Shown piece by piece: positions 51,745 to 64,000 of a DNA stretch of 64,000 bases. Origin of the DNA: Lingula anatina (taxonomy: Eukaryota > Animalia > Brachiopoda); assembly GCA_051362555.1 (NCBI GenBank), contig CM120648.1:17480587-17544586 (forward strand). The letters run 5' to 3'. A program made the translations under genes and the position numbers. The notes below the pieces were generated by a model, which made no database searches, was not told the DNA's origin, and worked only from the letters and a program-made list of their open reading frames with translations. Each line of letters starts with the position of its first letter. Position 1 is the stretch's first letter.

Positions 51745-52595
51745 TGTGTGTGTAAATTTTGCTTTTTTCCATTATTAGCGCCAGGTAAAATGCACGCCGT
51801 ACACTCGAATTTATGATTCGGCGTCAGTTGTCACACTAGTGGGTTTCAAGTACTACAAAATTGCTGCAATGTTTATTTCATCAGCGTTTTAAAGGGTAAA
51901 CAAACGCTAAATGGTGTATAAGACATACTATGTGTTGGTGTTTATATTCCCGCGGAGTCCGCCTAAAAGACGGCAGAACCGATTTTCCACGTTCAGCATG
52001 TCACGATAATTGTGTAGCGCAAGAATCGCAAAATATTTTCAAAAAGTTACATCTTACAGAAAGACAAGACCATGAACCTTTTAATGATATATGATAAGGT
52101 ATGTCTCCTACAATTTACACCCTTCCGATTATAATTTGGAATAATTCCCCAATCTTTTTAAATTTTACACTTCTCTTTTCAAAAGTGCAACATGTTTAAA
52201 TCTGTGTGGCAAACAAAACTCCGACGACATTTAAAGCTCATATACTTAGGAAAAATGCTTTTTTTTTGGCAAATAATAATTCAACCTCATGAATATGCAC
52301 TAATTTTCTTTTAATTTGTCACTTGAATTAAATTAGTGGACAAGGCTCCAATGAACTTTCTGGCAATTTGATCTGCCTATATTCTGAGGGCAGGACAAGC
52401 GTACCTGTCCCATCAAGGTAAGTATATAATTTCAGTCAAAACTGACTCACAAATAAGAGCATCCCTAGCTAAAAAATGTTCAAAATAATTTATTATTATA
52501 TGCACATTAAAATAAATGCACAAAAACATCAGTTCATAAGCTTGTCTTCATTCTGTTTTTATTTTTTCAGTGTTCAGGTAATTTACCTGGATATA

Positions 52596-54257
52596 CAGAC
52601 TTGACATTTAATATGGAATATTTCAGTTTCGAAGGTGTGCCTAGGTAGAAATGCGTTCTTTTTTCAAAAAAACTAAGATCTCATATAAGATATGTGAATG
52701 GAGAAGTGTGAAGTCAGGTGTGTCGCTTCCAATTAACTGAATACCAGGTTTGTTACGCTGCTGCATTATGTAATATGAAGTAATTTAATTGGATAGTGCT
52801 CCTTAGGGCAGGTCAAAGCTTGGCTTTGGCGAAGCACGGTTCTGTCAGAAATGTATCCATATGTCGGCAACTACTGCATAGAAGAATTTGAAATTTTGCA
52901 TGCAAGTGGTCGGTTTTGCAGTGTGTAAAATGAGCTATGCAGTGCTTTGCAAGTTTGTTAATCTGTGGCAAAATGGCGCGAAAAAGACAGACATTGCCAG
53001 ACAGTTAATTGCGCCAAACGAAACGGTCCGCACAGTTTTATAGAGTAATGCCCAGACTGATGTACCTACATAGAGGCCACACCCAATGTATTAAAATCTT
53101 ACCACCAGAGTACAAGACCCACAGTCTTTCAGGATATGCTGTTGCAACTAAACAAAAACCACCCAGTCCGTTCAGAATGAGGGGTAAATTGCCACCAAAA
53201 CGCATTTTTCAAGGCCCTTAGCGAACACCAAACTGGTTTTAGCAGGTTAGAATACCAGACGACCTCCGAGGAACCCACTGTAAACAGCAAAACATCGTTG
53301 TATGTTTCTCTAATGAATTAGGGGCCATTACCGTTTCTGGGTTGAACACTGAAACCTAGTGGCTTTCTTTATTGAGGTCAGATTTCACCTGTACCGCTCA
53401 ACTAGTCAAAACAGAGTTTACAGACATCCAGAAGAGGCCAACGACGAAGTGTGTGCCGCCTCTAAAGTGACTTAGATCATTAACAGCGTCAGTATTTGAA
53501 GTGGATACCACATTGGTGCCAAAACACCAATGGCAGTCATCGACGAAAACCTGAACCAGATTAAATAAAGGAATAATCTGGGAAACACTTGACTATCATT
53601 TGATAGGGGGCACCTTAAGAACAATTTTAGGTTGTACGGTGGGATTGCCGGTTCACACAGAGCACTTTTAATAACAGATTACTTTGAGAACCAAGGGAAT
53701 GAACAGCTACCTTGTTCATCAAAACCGCCATATTTGAACCACGTAGACAATATGTGGGTAGGCCATTACTCGCCAAATGAATGGCCTACATGTCCTACAA
53801 CAAAACTGGGCCAAATTGGACAGATTTCGACCGATGCCTGGAATGTTATTCCAGATTGAACTCTAAAAACATATCCCAAGGAATGCCTTGCCGCTTGAGA
53901 GCGCTGGTAGCAGCCAAAAGAGGTCAGGCGTAATAGCGACTGTTACTGTGACTAGACACTGACATGAGGGTCCTTTGTGGAGCGTGTAACTCTTTTACAG
54001 ACAATAATTTGGAAAATATGGAGATCCAAAATATCTCATTTAATGGTAGTCGTATGAAGTAGAAAAGGCAATGTGTTTTTGTTTGCTTCTCTGGCGAATT
54101 CCATTAATGAACTGATGTCACAATGACATCAAAGAGATAATTAAAAGTTATTAGAACACGATTTTAATCCTTATTTTCATTTATCAGTCAGTAAAATAGG
54201 AAAAAAACTGATGAAAAATGATTTGGAAAAAATATTCCATATTAAATGTCAAGTCTG
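52596..54257 (+). mobile_element. Full-length, decayed Tc1-family transposon related to 45619-47277
   Basis: TIRs cagacttgacatttaatatggaatatt with TA flanks. Fragments VYRHPEEANDEVC, HIGAKTPMAVIDENLNQ, YLNHVDNMW and AWNVIP; many stops. Confidence 0.88.
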
Positions 54258-54279
54258 TATATTGTTTTTGTGAGTGTCT

Positions 54280-54600
54280 GTGAGTGGGCATATTAGGGAA
54301 TGCTCTATGAACAAAAACAAGGACTTTACGGTATTCCCATTTTATAAATTCACTAGGGAAACAACCCAAACAGAAAGGGAAATGAAAGAAAATCTATTCA
54401 TTAATAAGTATAAACCTACATTGAATAGATAATAGCATTAGTAAAAGCAACAATTAAACACACATTGTTACAGACGTCACATTTTAGCCTTTATGACATC
54501 ACCTAGTAACAAATAAACAAAACCCCTGAAGAAAGAATGAAATTGGTCGGGGCAAAATGGCTGATGCTCTTTTTTTCTTTTTATTATATATAATATATAA
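54280..54600 (+). mobile_element. 5'-truncated Penelope-like element (GIY-YIG C-terminus plus 3' repeat region)
   Basis: VSGHIRECSMNKNKDFTVFPFYKFTRETTQTEREMKENLFINKYKPTLNR* has the E..FI....P.LN signature. A hammerhead-like motif follows. Confidence 0.75.
54523..54552 (+). ncRNA. Degenerate minimal type I hammerhead ribozyme motif
   Basis: CCC-CUGAAGA-aagaau-GAAA-uug-GUC-GGG. Both core boxes, a GUC cleavage triplet and stem I are present; stem II is missing. Confidence 0.45.
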
Positions 54601-57600
54601 TCGTACAGGAAAAACACTTTAACTTTTTAAAGGCCATAACATTTATTGTAGGCAACAATTTTCTACATTGTTATTATTGTTAAAATTATTAGGATAGTGA
54701 GTTTATATAATAAAAGCGGCCTTGTTTGACCAAAATCACGAACAATCGATAGCCTTTGTTGCCTTCTAACTTGTTATGAATGGGACTATGCAAGTTTGTG
54801 GTACAATGGAGATGGAGGAGACATAAACGCTTTTGAGTCACTTGCTCAGAGCAAGATCTACATACTTCGCACTAAACTAGAGATTTTACAAATAAAGGAA
54901 GGTTGTCCCAAAATTTATTATTCGTGACTTAATTCCAGCATTTATATTTTGATAAATCGTCATTTATTTGCAATCATTTCATTTTGTGGTACAAAATTCG
55001 AAGGTCAGCTTGGGAACCATGTGTGCTATTTTTAGACAGCTTATAAAAAATTTCGCCAAAACTAAAATGTTCACGTTCTATTGTGCATTTACGTCGTACT
55101 ACATTTTATGCTTGGTGAGTTTCAATCGGTATGATTAAGAGAACTTCGTTATTAAGAGAGCTTCGTCGATTTACAAAACAGCTACGGATTTTGCAAAATA
55201 TGGCGCGAAACACACGTCGTGAGCTATTTTCTGCAAGCGTCTTTCCGAAACAATCAAGACTTACGCACTGACACGCCGATCTGCATACGAACTGTATGTC
55301 AGATGGTCTATGTTTGCATAACCTGCATAGATACCTTTCCTTTCAAATTCAAAGTTTTAAAACGATAAAATATTTTTGTTTATATGGTTGTTAGGGTATT
55401 CCTCAGTATGTTTAATTAGGCTCTTTTTTTTTAGCTAATTTGTATAAAAATAAAATTTGATCAAGTTGCGTATTAACTTTGTGGATGATACATCTATTTA
55501 TGAAAACATTTGTTATAACAGACAACAGGTCAGCTTTAACACTGGGTCAGACCTAAGAATATCAAATTAAAACAATTTTACAAAAATATCTACCTAAATA
55601 TGAGACAGATTTACTGTAAAAAAAATATATACATATAAAAAATTAAATACTTCTCGGCATCTTTGCGTTCTGATATTGCTGTAAGGCTCGTCAACGAAAG
55701 ACCTGTTCACGCCCCTCAAGTTGTTTGGTCAATATACAGAATGCCCGTCCTATACCCTGAAACTGTATAATAAAATGTATTGCATTATTGGAGCTGACGT
55801 CGACTGTACAGCATAAAGACCGCAAACAGATATAGTTCACCTAATATTTTTGCGAGTGTAACCCACACTGATATATTAAACAAAAAAAAAAAGCTGTAAA
55901 AAGTTCTGCGTATACATAAACATTGGATTAAATTCTTCACACAAAGCACTATTTCGTTATATTTAGAACAAACGTTTTATGAGATATTCTACATGTAGAA
56001 GCAGAAATAATCGTCAAACTTATCTAATTTACACAACATATATTTGAAAAAAAAAAAAAAAACAGCACAATTGATAATACAAAAATAAGAAATATCCTGG
56101 TTTCAGGATTTTATTTACATTTAGTTTAGTTAGTTGAGCACGCAGTAAAACAACTCCTTAAAATATACATATTGACATTTAAATGTCAATTATCAAGCAA
56201 TTTAGTTTCATATTTTAACTGTGTGCCTCATCCAAGTTCAGCCAATCTCACCAGGTCCACCAGATCCACCTCCACTCTTTGCTTCACCAGAAACGATGAC
56301 AAAAGACAAGTAAAACCTACGGCCACAGGGCATTTTTAATAGGGCCTGTCCAGGATAGCCAATTTTGAACATCTGCGCAGCAGATGACGTCAAACGAGAC
56401 CTGGATTGGAGCGAGATTTCACGAGAGGTGGGGTTAAAATCTGCCATTGAAACTTGTCTCGCGGTCGGGCACAAGTCTATGTTATAGGATTGCATTGAGT
56501 AAAATTTGGCGTTGTCATGTAATTTGAGATAGAGCAACGCAATGGCGAATTGCTAATGTTGTGTCGTAGGGTGCATTGCAGTAAAAGTTAAGCGAGAAAA
56601 CCAGGAAAATGACCATGGATGACGGAGACAACTAGCGAGAGAAGTGAAGTGAAGAAAGAGAAGTTGGGCTTGATTAGATTAAAAGGACTTAGTGCCGACA
56701 TATTTAAAGTACAGATCAGATCGCAGTATTTTGTAGAAAGAAAGGGACCAACTGCAGACAACTCGCACCCGGCAAGTCACTGGCTCTATGGCATCACCGT
56801 ATAGACCGTATCATCAACGGTCGAGGGGCATGTTGTGATTGTGAAACACTATATTATGGTTGTGGGCTGTCTTGAAGAAGCGCCATACAGGTGTCAGCAC
56901 ACGCTGAAGAAGCGCGTGATATGAATTGAGAAGCATTCGACTACGAGACACCGGACAGAACACACTTTGGGCGTCAAATCCACAATCTGCGAGCATTCCT
57001 TGACCAATACCATATCTACTTAATTATACAACTATAGCTGATATTCAGCAATAGTGTCAAAGTAGATATTGATCAGGGAGCGCGGTTGTGAAGACGTACC
57101 AGAATTCCTATGAGTGGAATATAAGGTAAGCGGTCTACGCCCCTGATCAGGGTGTGACAGCCGCCTTTTTATGCATCACTGCTACTTAGACTGTAGTTAT
57201 CACATGAATAAGTGACTTTAGCAACTCGGGTTCACTTCAGGCATATTAATAAGTAAGTTTTGTGTGTACTTTACAGGACACCATGGTTTATTAATGTAAT
57301 ACAGCCCTAGTACTTTGATTAATAGTCTTTTACGGTAACTTTATCAGACAAATTTGCTTGTACCATTCCTATCCCTATATAACGTGTACCTGATTATGGA
57401 ATACTGGTGAACCACACCTACACGGTATTAAGCATACACAATGTTCAGCTGCATTTGTAACATTCCATGCCGGGTGGTCAGTTATGATAATAGCAAGTAA
57501 GGTAGAAATTAGAGTTGGTATTTTACAACAACGTTTATCACATAATGATATATATTTCAGAAAACTGAGTTATTTTTATTTATTTTAGAGCATGACAGAC

Positions 57601-59778
57601 ACAGCACATGTTATTGAACAAACTACCCTCACATTTTCGGACTATTGATAGTGTTGAGGTTTGAAAAAAGAATTGAAAACGTCTTATTTGCACAACACTT
57701 CAATTAAAATTTAATACCTAAAATTATACATTTTCTCATTTATCAGATAAAGTTATATTGTTTAGACCGAGACGGTCGCGTAGCGCCGAAGGTGCCGTTT
57801 AAGAAATAAAATATCGTTATTAATATTATTATTATTATTATTATTTAATTATTATAAATATTCGCACATGCACGGAAAGGATGTATTGAAATAGGTCAGG
57901 AAAGTTTACGTTGATCATTTACGTTAATCAATTAATAATTGTACGTAAAAAAATAAAAAAATAAAAAATGTATCGTAAATAAATTAATTCATGGCATATC
58001 AGCTGTTGTGTTGCTGAGATTTCTTGCGGGATATACCGGCAATGACACGAATTCACTCGTATTGGTGCAGACTGCCCCTTAACAAATCAACAGCCGACAT
58101 CAAATGCTATGCAAAGTATACATGTATATTGTTTGATTGACAGAACTATCTTAAGGAAACACGATTCTATAGTGATAAAACACCACTCATAATCATATAC
58201 AACACTTAATGCATCCCTCTGTATACTCACAAATCCGCTTGACAAACATTTGATAAGAGATCGACGCTTGCACGCTAAACGTGTTCTACATTCCTCTGTG
58301 AACGCACTGACCGGGCATCAGTGAGAATTGCTTTGTCTGGACACTAGTATGAGTGCTTACCTTTTTTATTTATTTTTCTTCTTTTTTCCCTTCCGATGGT
58401 CTTTCATTTTATTTTTTTAGTTGGCAAGTCCTAAGCTTAGATAGGGTAAGGGTTTCTCTTGTGCCTTAAGCATCCATAAACTGCTCAAACTGTGTTTTAA
58501 AATGCATTAAAGAATATTCAACACGCAAAATCAAAATAATGCTTTATCCCAACAAATTTATTATGCACTAGGACAAATTATAGGTGCCTTGTTTATGGGA
58601 GGCGGCATGAAACAGTTTCCTCAAGCTTTGTAAACTACTGTATGTCTCGTTATTATAGAATCTAGTCCACGCTATTATAACTTCACGGAATACGGAGTAC
58701 GGATACAGTGTACTGTATGGTCTTTTCATCCCCCCCCCCCCCAAAAAAAAAATAAAATAAAAAAATAAAAAAAAAAAAAAAAACGTAATCTGTCCAAAAT
58801 GCTGCACCACAACTACTGGTCAAATCCCCTTTCAGATCAAACATTTCACTTATCTTAATCGAACTTCATTGGCTTCCAGTGCGACAGAGAATTGCTTTTT
58901 TATTACTGCTGCTTGTTTTTAAATTCACCAGACGCGAATGGCCTACATATTTTAACTCTATGCTACATAAATGTTTGGAAAACATGCACCATCTAATTAT
59001 GTCACATATTGATTTTTCACTAGATATTCACATGTGTCTATGTCCCTAGCAAACTCATAACATTATTCTCGTGATACAAAAAAGGGCATGCGTCCATGGT
59101 AGAAGGTAGCTGCCAAAGCCGTTGTTCATGCAATCTTTGTCTCCTTTTGTCCCTTGCCATTATCCACTGTTTAATACTAACCCAGCTGTGTGTCTGGAAA
59201 TACTATTCATAGCTGCCTAACACAAAAGAGGGGATTTTTCTGATAGTGTGTCAATATCGATATCTATTGAGGCGCGAAAAATACAGCAGGTCTATATTTC
59301 CTCCATTCAGCGGGGTTTTAGGCCTGACCCTTATTTTTATAAGTATGTTTGTGTATACAAAATGTGCAATGTGCATAAATGCGCACAGAATACATTAAAA
59401 ATAGTAGGTAGTTGCAATAATTTAAAATCCAGGCTAAAAAAAAAAATAAATAAATGAAAATAAGTTAAAATGCTTTTCTTGGATAGACAAAGCAAGTCAC
59501 GTCAAAATCAACCCAGCGTTGTCTCGCAGGCAGAAATGTGTTAACAAACAATCACTCGTCTAATTAGCCTTATGCTTTCAACTGGGGTGAAACTGAACGC
59601 CCTATTAACCAAAAACAGACAAAAAGTCAATAGATGATTGATCATGAGTGACAGAATATTAGACATAGTTCGCCTGCATAGTTAAATCGCATAATATTTT
59701 TTTTTTCTGAAGCCGCCGATGGGCCCTTGGTAAAATACAAAGTATCATTTTATTCTATTGATTCCTTGTATAATTGTA

Positions 59779-60468
59779 CTCTCTCTATTTGACAACTTTT
59801 AGTCAGAGGTATTCTGACCGTGTCTTGCCCTGGTTTTAACGACCTTCCGCCTTTTACCGTGACATCGTTTGAGGGTCCGATAGACCCAATTATCTTTATC
59901 ACTGTCGAATAATCCTTTGGATTGCAAGATTTTTGGAACAGGAACAGGCAGTGAGAAAGGATTAAGTCACTAGATGAAGGACCAGGTGACCCACTCGTTC
60001 AGGCGGTGGTCCTCAGAGCGTCAAGACTACTCACACATAGACTTAACGACTAGATAAGGGACACATAACGCACTATTCCTGATAGCGCGACGTCATTTGT
60101 TAGGATCATTTCGAACTGGTAGGTTACCGTGCTTATTTTTATTTATTTTTTTACTTAACTGTGTGGTGCTATGTCATAAATAGTTAGATGAAGATGGGGC
60201 AAAGAAAATCTTGTAACATGTATAAAGCAGTATTTTCAACATGTGGAAAAGTTCTTAGTATGGAATTGAAAAATAAATGTTTCCACTTTCACTTTGCACC
60301 TGGATGTGTTCTAACATGTCATATTTTAAAAATCTTGAAATTTAAAGGATCATTGGACATAAGTGAGAAATATAATAGGGTTGCCAAAGTGAAAAGCTGA
60401 AGGAGGTTGTTAAAACAAGATCAAGGCTCGGTCAGAATACCTTGGCCAAAAGAGGACAAAGCGAGAGA
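59779..60468. mobile_element. MITE-like element with imperfect ~45-bp inverted ends
   Basis: aggtattctgaccgtgtcttg (about 59807) versus caaggctcggtcagaatacct (about 60422). Confidence 0.5.
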
Positions 60469-60499
60469 ACAGGATTAGTGTCGCTAGTGGCATAATTAA

Positions 60500-61099
60500 A
60501 GGGATACTGTGATGAAAAAACGGGTTAAAACTATCCATTAGGTGCCCAAAAGTCATTTTGAGTAATGAAAAAAAAGTTCTTACGTTTATTTAGTTTTTAA
60601 AGCCGATTTTATGCAGGTGTGAATGTAGTTTACGATACTCCCGCGTGGTGGCGCTTTGAACGAGTGACGTCACTTGCGTCGAGGCTCAGAAAGCCATATT
60701 CTATTCAGCTATCCGCTTACTTACATTTACTCGATCTCTTTGTCTGAACTACGTTTTTGCTACGTTTTGCGGCATCCGCAGGCAGGGTATAATAGCAGAT
60801 GTCTTTCTTATCGTAACCTACATTACGGCACCCGGGAGCAACACAACTTTGCGGCATTTTGTTTTTCTGACACCTGGATGTTTAGTCACCTACTGCATAG
60901 TATATACTATTACTAGTACAGCTGTGGGAAGCTACTACCCAGGTTACGTCACTAGAAACTGACCAATCAGAATTTTCTCATCTAAATCTCATCTTTTCTC
61001 TCTAAAACTTAAAAAGAACAATTTTTTGACGTCGATTTATAGTTTTTATACTGTAAAAAAAGCAGTGAACGCTCTGTGTTCCTAGAGCACAGTAGGCCT
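60500..61099. mobile_element. Kolobok-like non-autonomous element
   Basis: TTAA-agggatactgtg ... cacagtaggcct-TTAA. Confidence 0.55.
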
Positions 61100-62166
61100 T
61101 TAAATTACCCTAACTTGAAGAAAATGAATCAGTTCATTTGTAGAATGAAACGATACCTTGTTTTATATCTATGATCCATATGTGGCTTCTATATTAAAGT
61201 AACATATGTGATTAATCTGCGCATGAGACCCATTTCACATTTTATGTCACTCACGATCAATCACCTACTGCCTTATAATTTTCATTCGCTACCTGGGTGT
61301 GCCGCAATTTTTTCAGAATACGGATACTTGAACCACCAGAATCAGATAAATACGTTTAATTTGTTCATCCAGGGGCATTTTCCAAAAGACATCGCCAGAC
61401 CTTTGCATGATGAGTACAGTAAAAATTTCAGTTAAATCGAGCAGTTTAATACGATGGCTCATACTGCATAACCATTAAAAAACGGTCACTTTACTAGTTC
61501 GCGCTGTCTACATCTTACGTGCTAGCGCGCAGGCCCCCAATAGCGTAGAACAAAAGAATCAGCCGTGCTGTATTCGACATTGTATTCGTCATGTACGAGT
61601 GCGTGCCACGGTCTGTTGCATTACAAGTGTAGTATCCAATCAGTGGTTTAAGCCAGATACAACACTCGTCGCCGAGCTGTATGTGAAAATTACTCGTGTA
61701 TTGTCTCGCCTGCGGCTCGTCAATGCACTCGTAATATTTCACGCACAGCTCGGCGACTCGTATTGTATCTATCACGTATTTTTGGCCAGTGACGCAACGA
61801 AGCGTTACTCGGGCGTAGTTAAGACTATCAGTTTTTGTCTTGGTGCAACGGGCGTAAGCAGGGAGGGTAAACCTGGCGCACGGACGCCAGGCGTTGCGGT
61901 TTACGACAGTCGTAGCCGAGTAAATTTACGCCCTGTTGGTGCAACCGGGCCCTGGATCTTATAAAAAAAGTCCTTTTTTCCTGAGGATTATCATTGTTAT
62001 TATTCATTACAAATAATGTTTGACCTATAGAGTAAGAAGGAATCCTAGTTTTACCCTTAGTTGTCAGCGTGAGGCTGTAAGGCCGACTGCACCTTTTTAC
62101 TCACATTTCTGTCTGCGAGCATGAGCTGGGTCAATTTCGCTTTGTTCACCCCCCCCCCAAAAAAAA

Positions 62167-62203
<37 letters not shown>

Positions 62204-63176
62204 AATAACAGCAGCTAGCTGCTGGGTTTTCGTGTATATTGTACGTAATCACCCGTATGACATATATTATACATACTAGCGTACTTATGAAAATACGGTT
62301 CAGCTGTTAAACCCACTGAATGGCGTTAGAACAGATTGACTTGATATCATTCTGCTTATTAAACGTCTCAGTAATAAAGATAACACAGCATCAGGCGGTT
62401 ATATTGACATACTGTCAGAAACATTCCCTCCTTTGTGTCAGGCGGCTGTAAATAGTATTTCCAAACATAGCTGACTAAGGTGCATCATTGGGTAAATAAA
62501 GTGTCAACAGTGATAAAGGATATATAAACAAAACGACTAAGCTTACTGCACTCTGTAGTCTATGAGCCAAAGGCAAAAAAATAATTTGACTGCACCCGCG
62601 ACAGGCAGATATTTAACGATTGATTCTTGTTGTTTAGAAATTGAATTTTTCATATCCGCTTTTTCCCGGCTTAAAAAAGTGTCCATTTGTACCTGAAGCA
62701 CGCTAGGTCGAACTGTCGAGGAGACACATCTTCAAGCTAAAATATTTTTAGACATTTTATCATTATGATGCTTCCTTAAACCATCAAATGCGAAATTGGA
62801 AAGAGAGGTAAAATAACAGCAAGAGGAATAATATGAGGATAAACGCAAAAATACGGTGCAAATGCTCCTCGACAACCATTTAATGCGATATTTTGAATCC
62901 CCATATATCTCAAATTATCACAAAGGACCCTCATGTCTGTGTCTAGTCACAGAAACGGTCGCTGTTAAGCCTGACCTCATCTGGCTGCTTCCAGGACTCT
63001 CAAGCGACAAGGCATTCCTTGGGATATGTTTTCAGAGTTCAATCTGGAATAACATTCCAGGAATCGGTCAATTATGGTCCAGTTTTGTGGTTGGACATAC
63101 AGTACGTTGATTTCGCGAGTAATGACCTACCCACATATTGTTTATGTGGTTCAAATATGGCGATAGTGATGTCTAA

Positions 63177-63830
63177 TGCCCGTATTTCACACAGACCACG
63201 AATCCCACGAATAGCCAGGAATTGACAAATTTCAGGATTCGTGAGGATTCGTGAGATTTTGCCAATTTTCTGGTCTAATTCGACACGCTCACGATTCAGT
63301 TACGATACAGGTACGATACTGTTACGAATATTCGTGGGATTCGGCTGGAATCGTGAGATTTTGCCAATTTTCTGGTCTAATTCGACACGCTCTACGCTTC
63401 AGTTACGATACAGGTGCGACAGTGTTACGAATATTCGTGGGATTCGGCTGGATTTTTTGGAATGGGAGTTCGTGGCCAAAACTTTGAACAGCTCAAAATA
63501 TTTGCCACGAATTCCCGATTGATCAAGAAATGCAAGAACTGACTACGATTATATACGAATCTGTTAAGAACTTCACGAACTGATAACGATTCAACCACGA
63601 ATCCTGAAATTTTCAATTCCTGGCGATGCGTGGTATTCGTGGTCTGTGTGAAATAGGGGCATCAAAGTTTTTGCCACCAATTCCTGTTGGTCAAGAAGTG
63701 CTAGAACTGACTACGAATATATACGATTCTGTTGAGAACTTCGCGAACTGATTACGATTCAACCACGAATCGTGAAATTTGTCAATTCATGGCCATTCGT
63801 GGGATTCGTGGTCTGTGTGAAATAGGGGCA
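63177..63830. mobile_element. PIF/Harbinger-type MITE with TAA target duplication and a duplicated right end
   Basis: TAA-tgcccgtatttcacacagaccacgaatccc ... gggattcgtggtctgtgtgaaataggggca-TAA. A second right TIR ends at 63661, and there is an internal ~100-bp tandem duplication. Confidence 0.85.
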
Positions 63831-64000
63831 TAAGGTAGCTGCTCATTTCCTTCGTTTTGTTACTTATCTTCTTTTAAAAGCACTCCGTGTGTACCGACAT
63901 TTTCATCGTGTAACCTAAAATTGTTCCTAAAGTGCCCCCCACCCCCCTATCAAAAGATAGTCAAGTGGTTATTCCTTTATTTGATCTGGTTCATGTTCAT

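Noticed and set aside
52400-52610. Two ATG...CAG|gt candidates for the IAP first exon
   Set aside because: Both are phase 0 whereas phase 1 is needed, and one overlaps a Tc1 TIR.
56238-57000. Higher-GC segment with short ORFs, considered as the missing IAP 5' exon
   Set aside because: No recognisable motif, stops in all frames, and no phase-1 donor linking to 51137. It is probably decayed repeat and is left unassigned.

Overview
AT-rich, intron-containing animal genomic DNA. It is probably a lophotrochozoan invertebrate, inferred only from gene families and repeat types. I reconstructed eight spliced protein-coding genes by reading GT-AG boundaries and intron phases. (1) A minus-strand tandem array of five paralogous secreted PAN/apple + C-type lectin genes (354-26466). 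Each has four exons (327, 40, 150/153 and 209 nt); the last exon of the first copy lies off the left edge. The four visible lectin exons all keep EPN/WND motifs, but residues around the sugar site vary strongly, and the copies are mosaics of each other. (2) A 583-aa somatomedin-B/Cys-rich protein resembling an adhesion/Methuselah-like GPCR ectodomain, ending in one hydrophobic tail rather than a 7TM region (28904-31340, -). (3) A 604-aa type II membrane protein with a polyQ stem and a fungal-type GT15 (KRE2/MNT1-like) domain whose catalytic and metal-binding positions appear substituted (34607-37918, +). (4) A 2xBIR-RING IAP with a missing 5' exon and non-canonical residues (39981-51137, -). 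The rest is decayed Tc1/mariner, RTE, Penelope (with a hammerhead-like remnant), LINE, Helentron, PIF/Harbinger, Kolobok and hAT-like MITE sequence plus microsatellites. All family assignments come from motif recognition; no database search was run.
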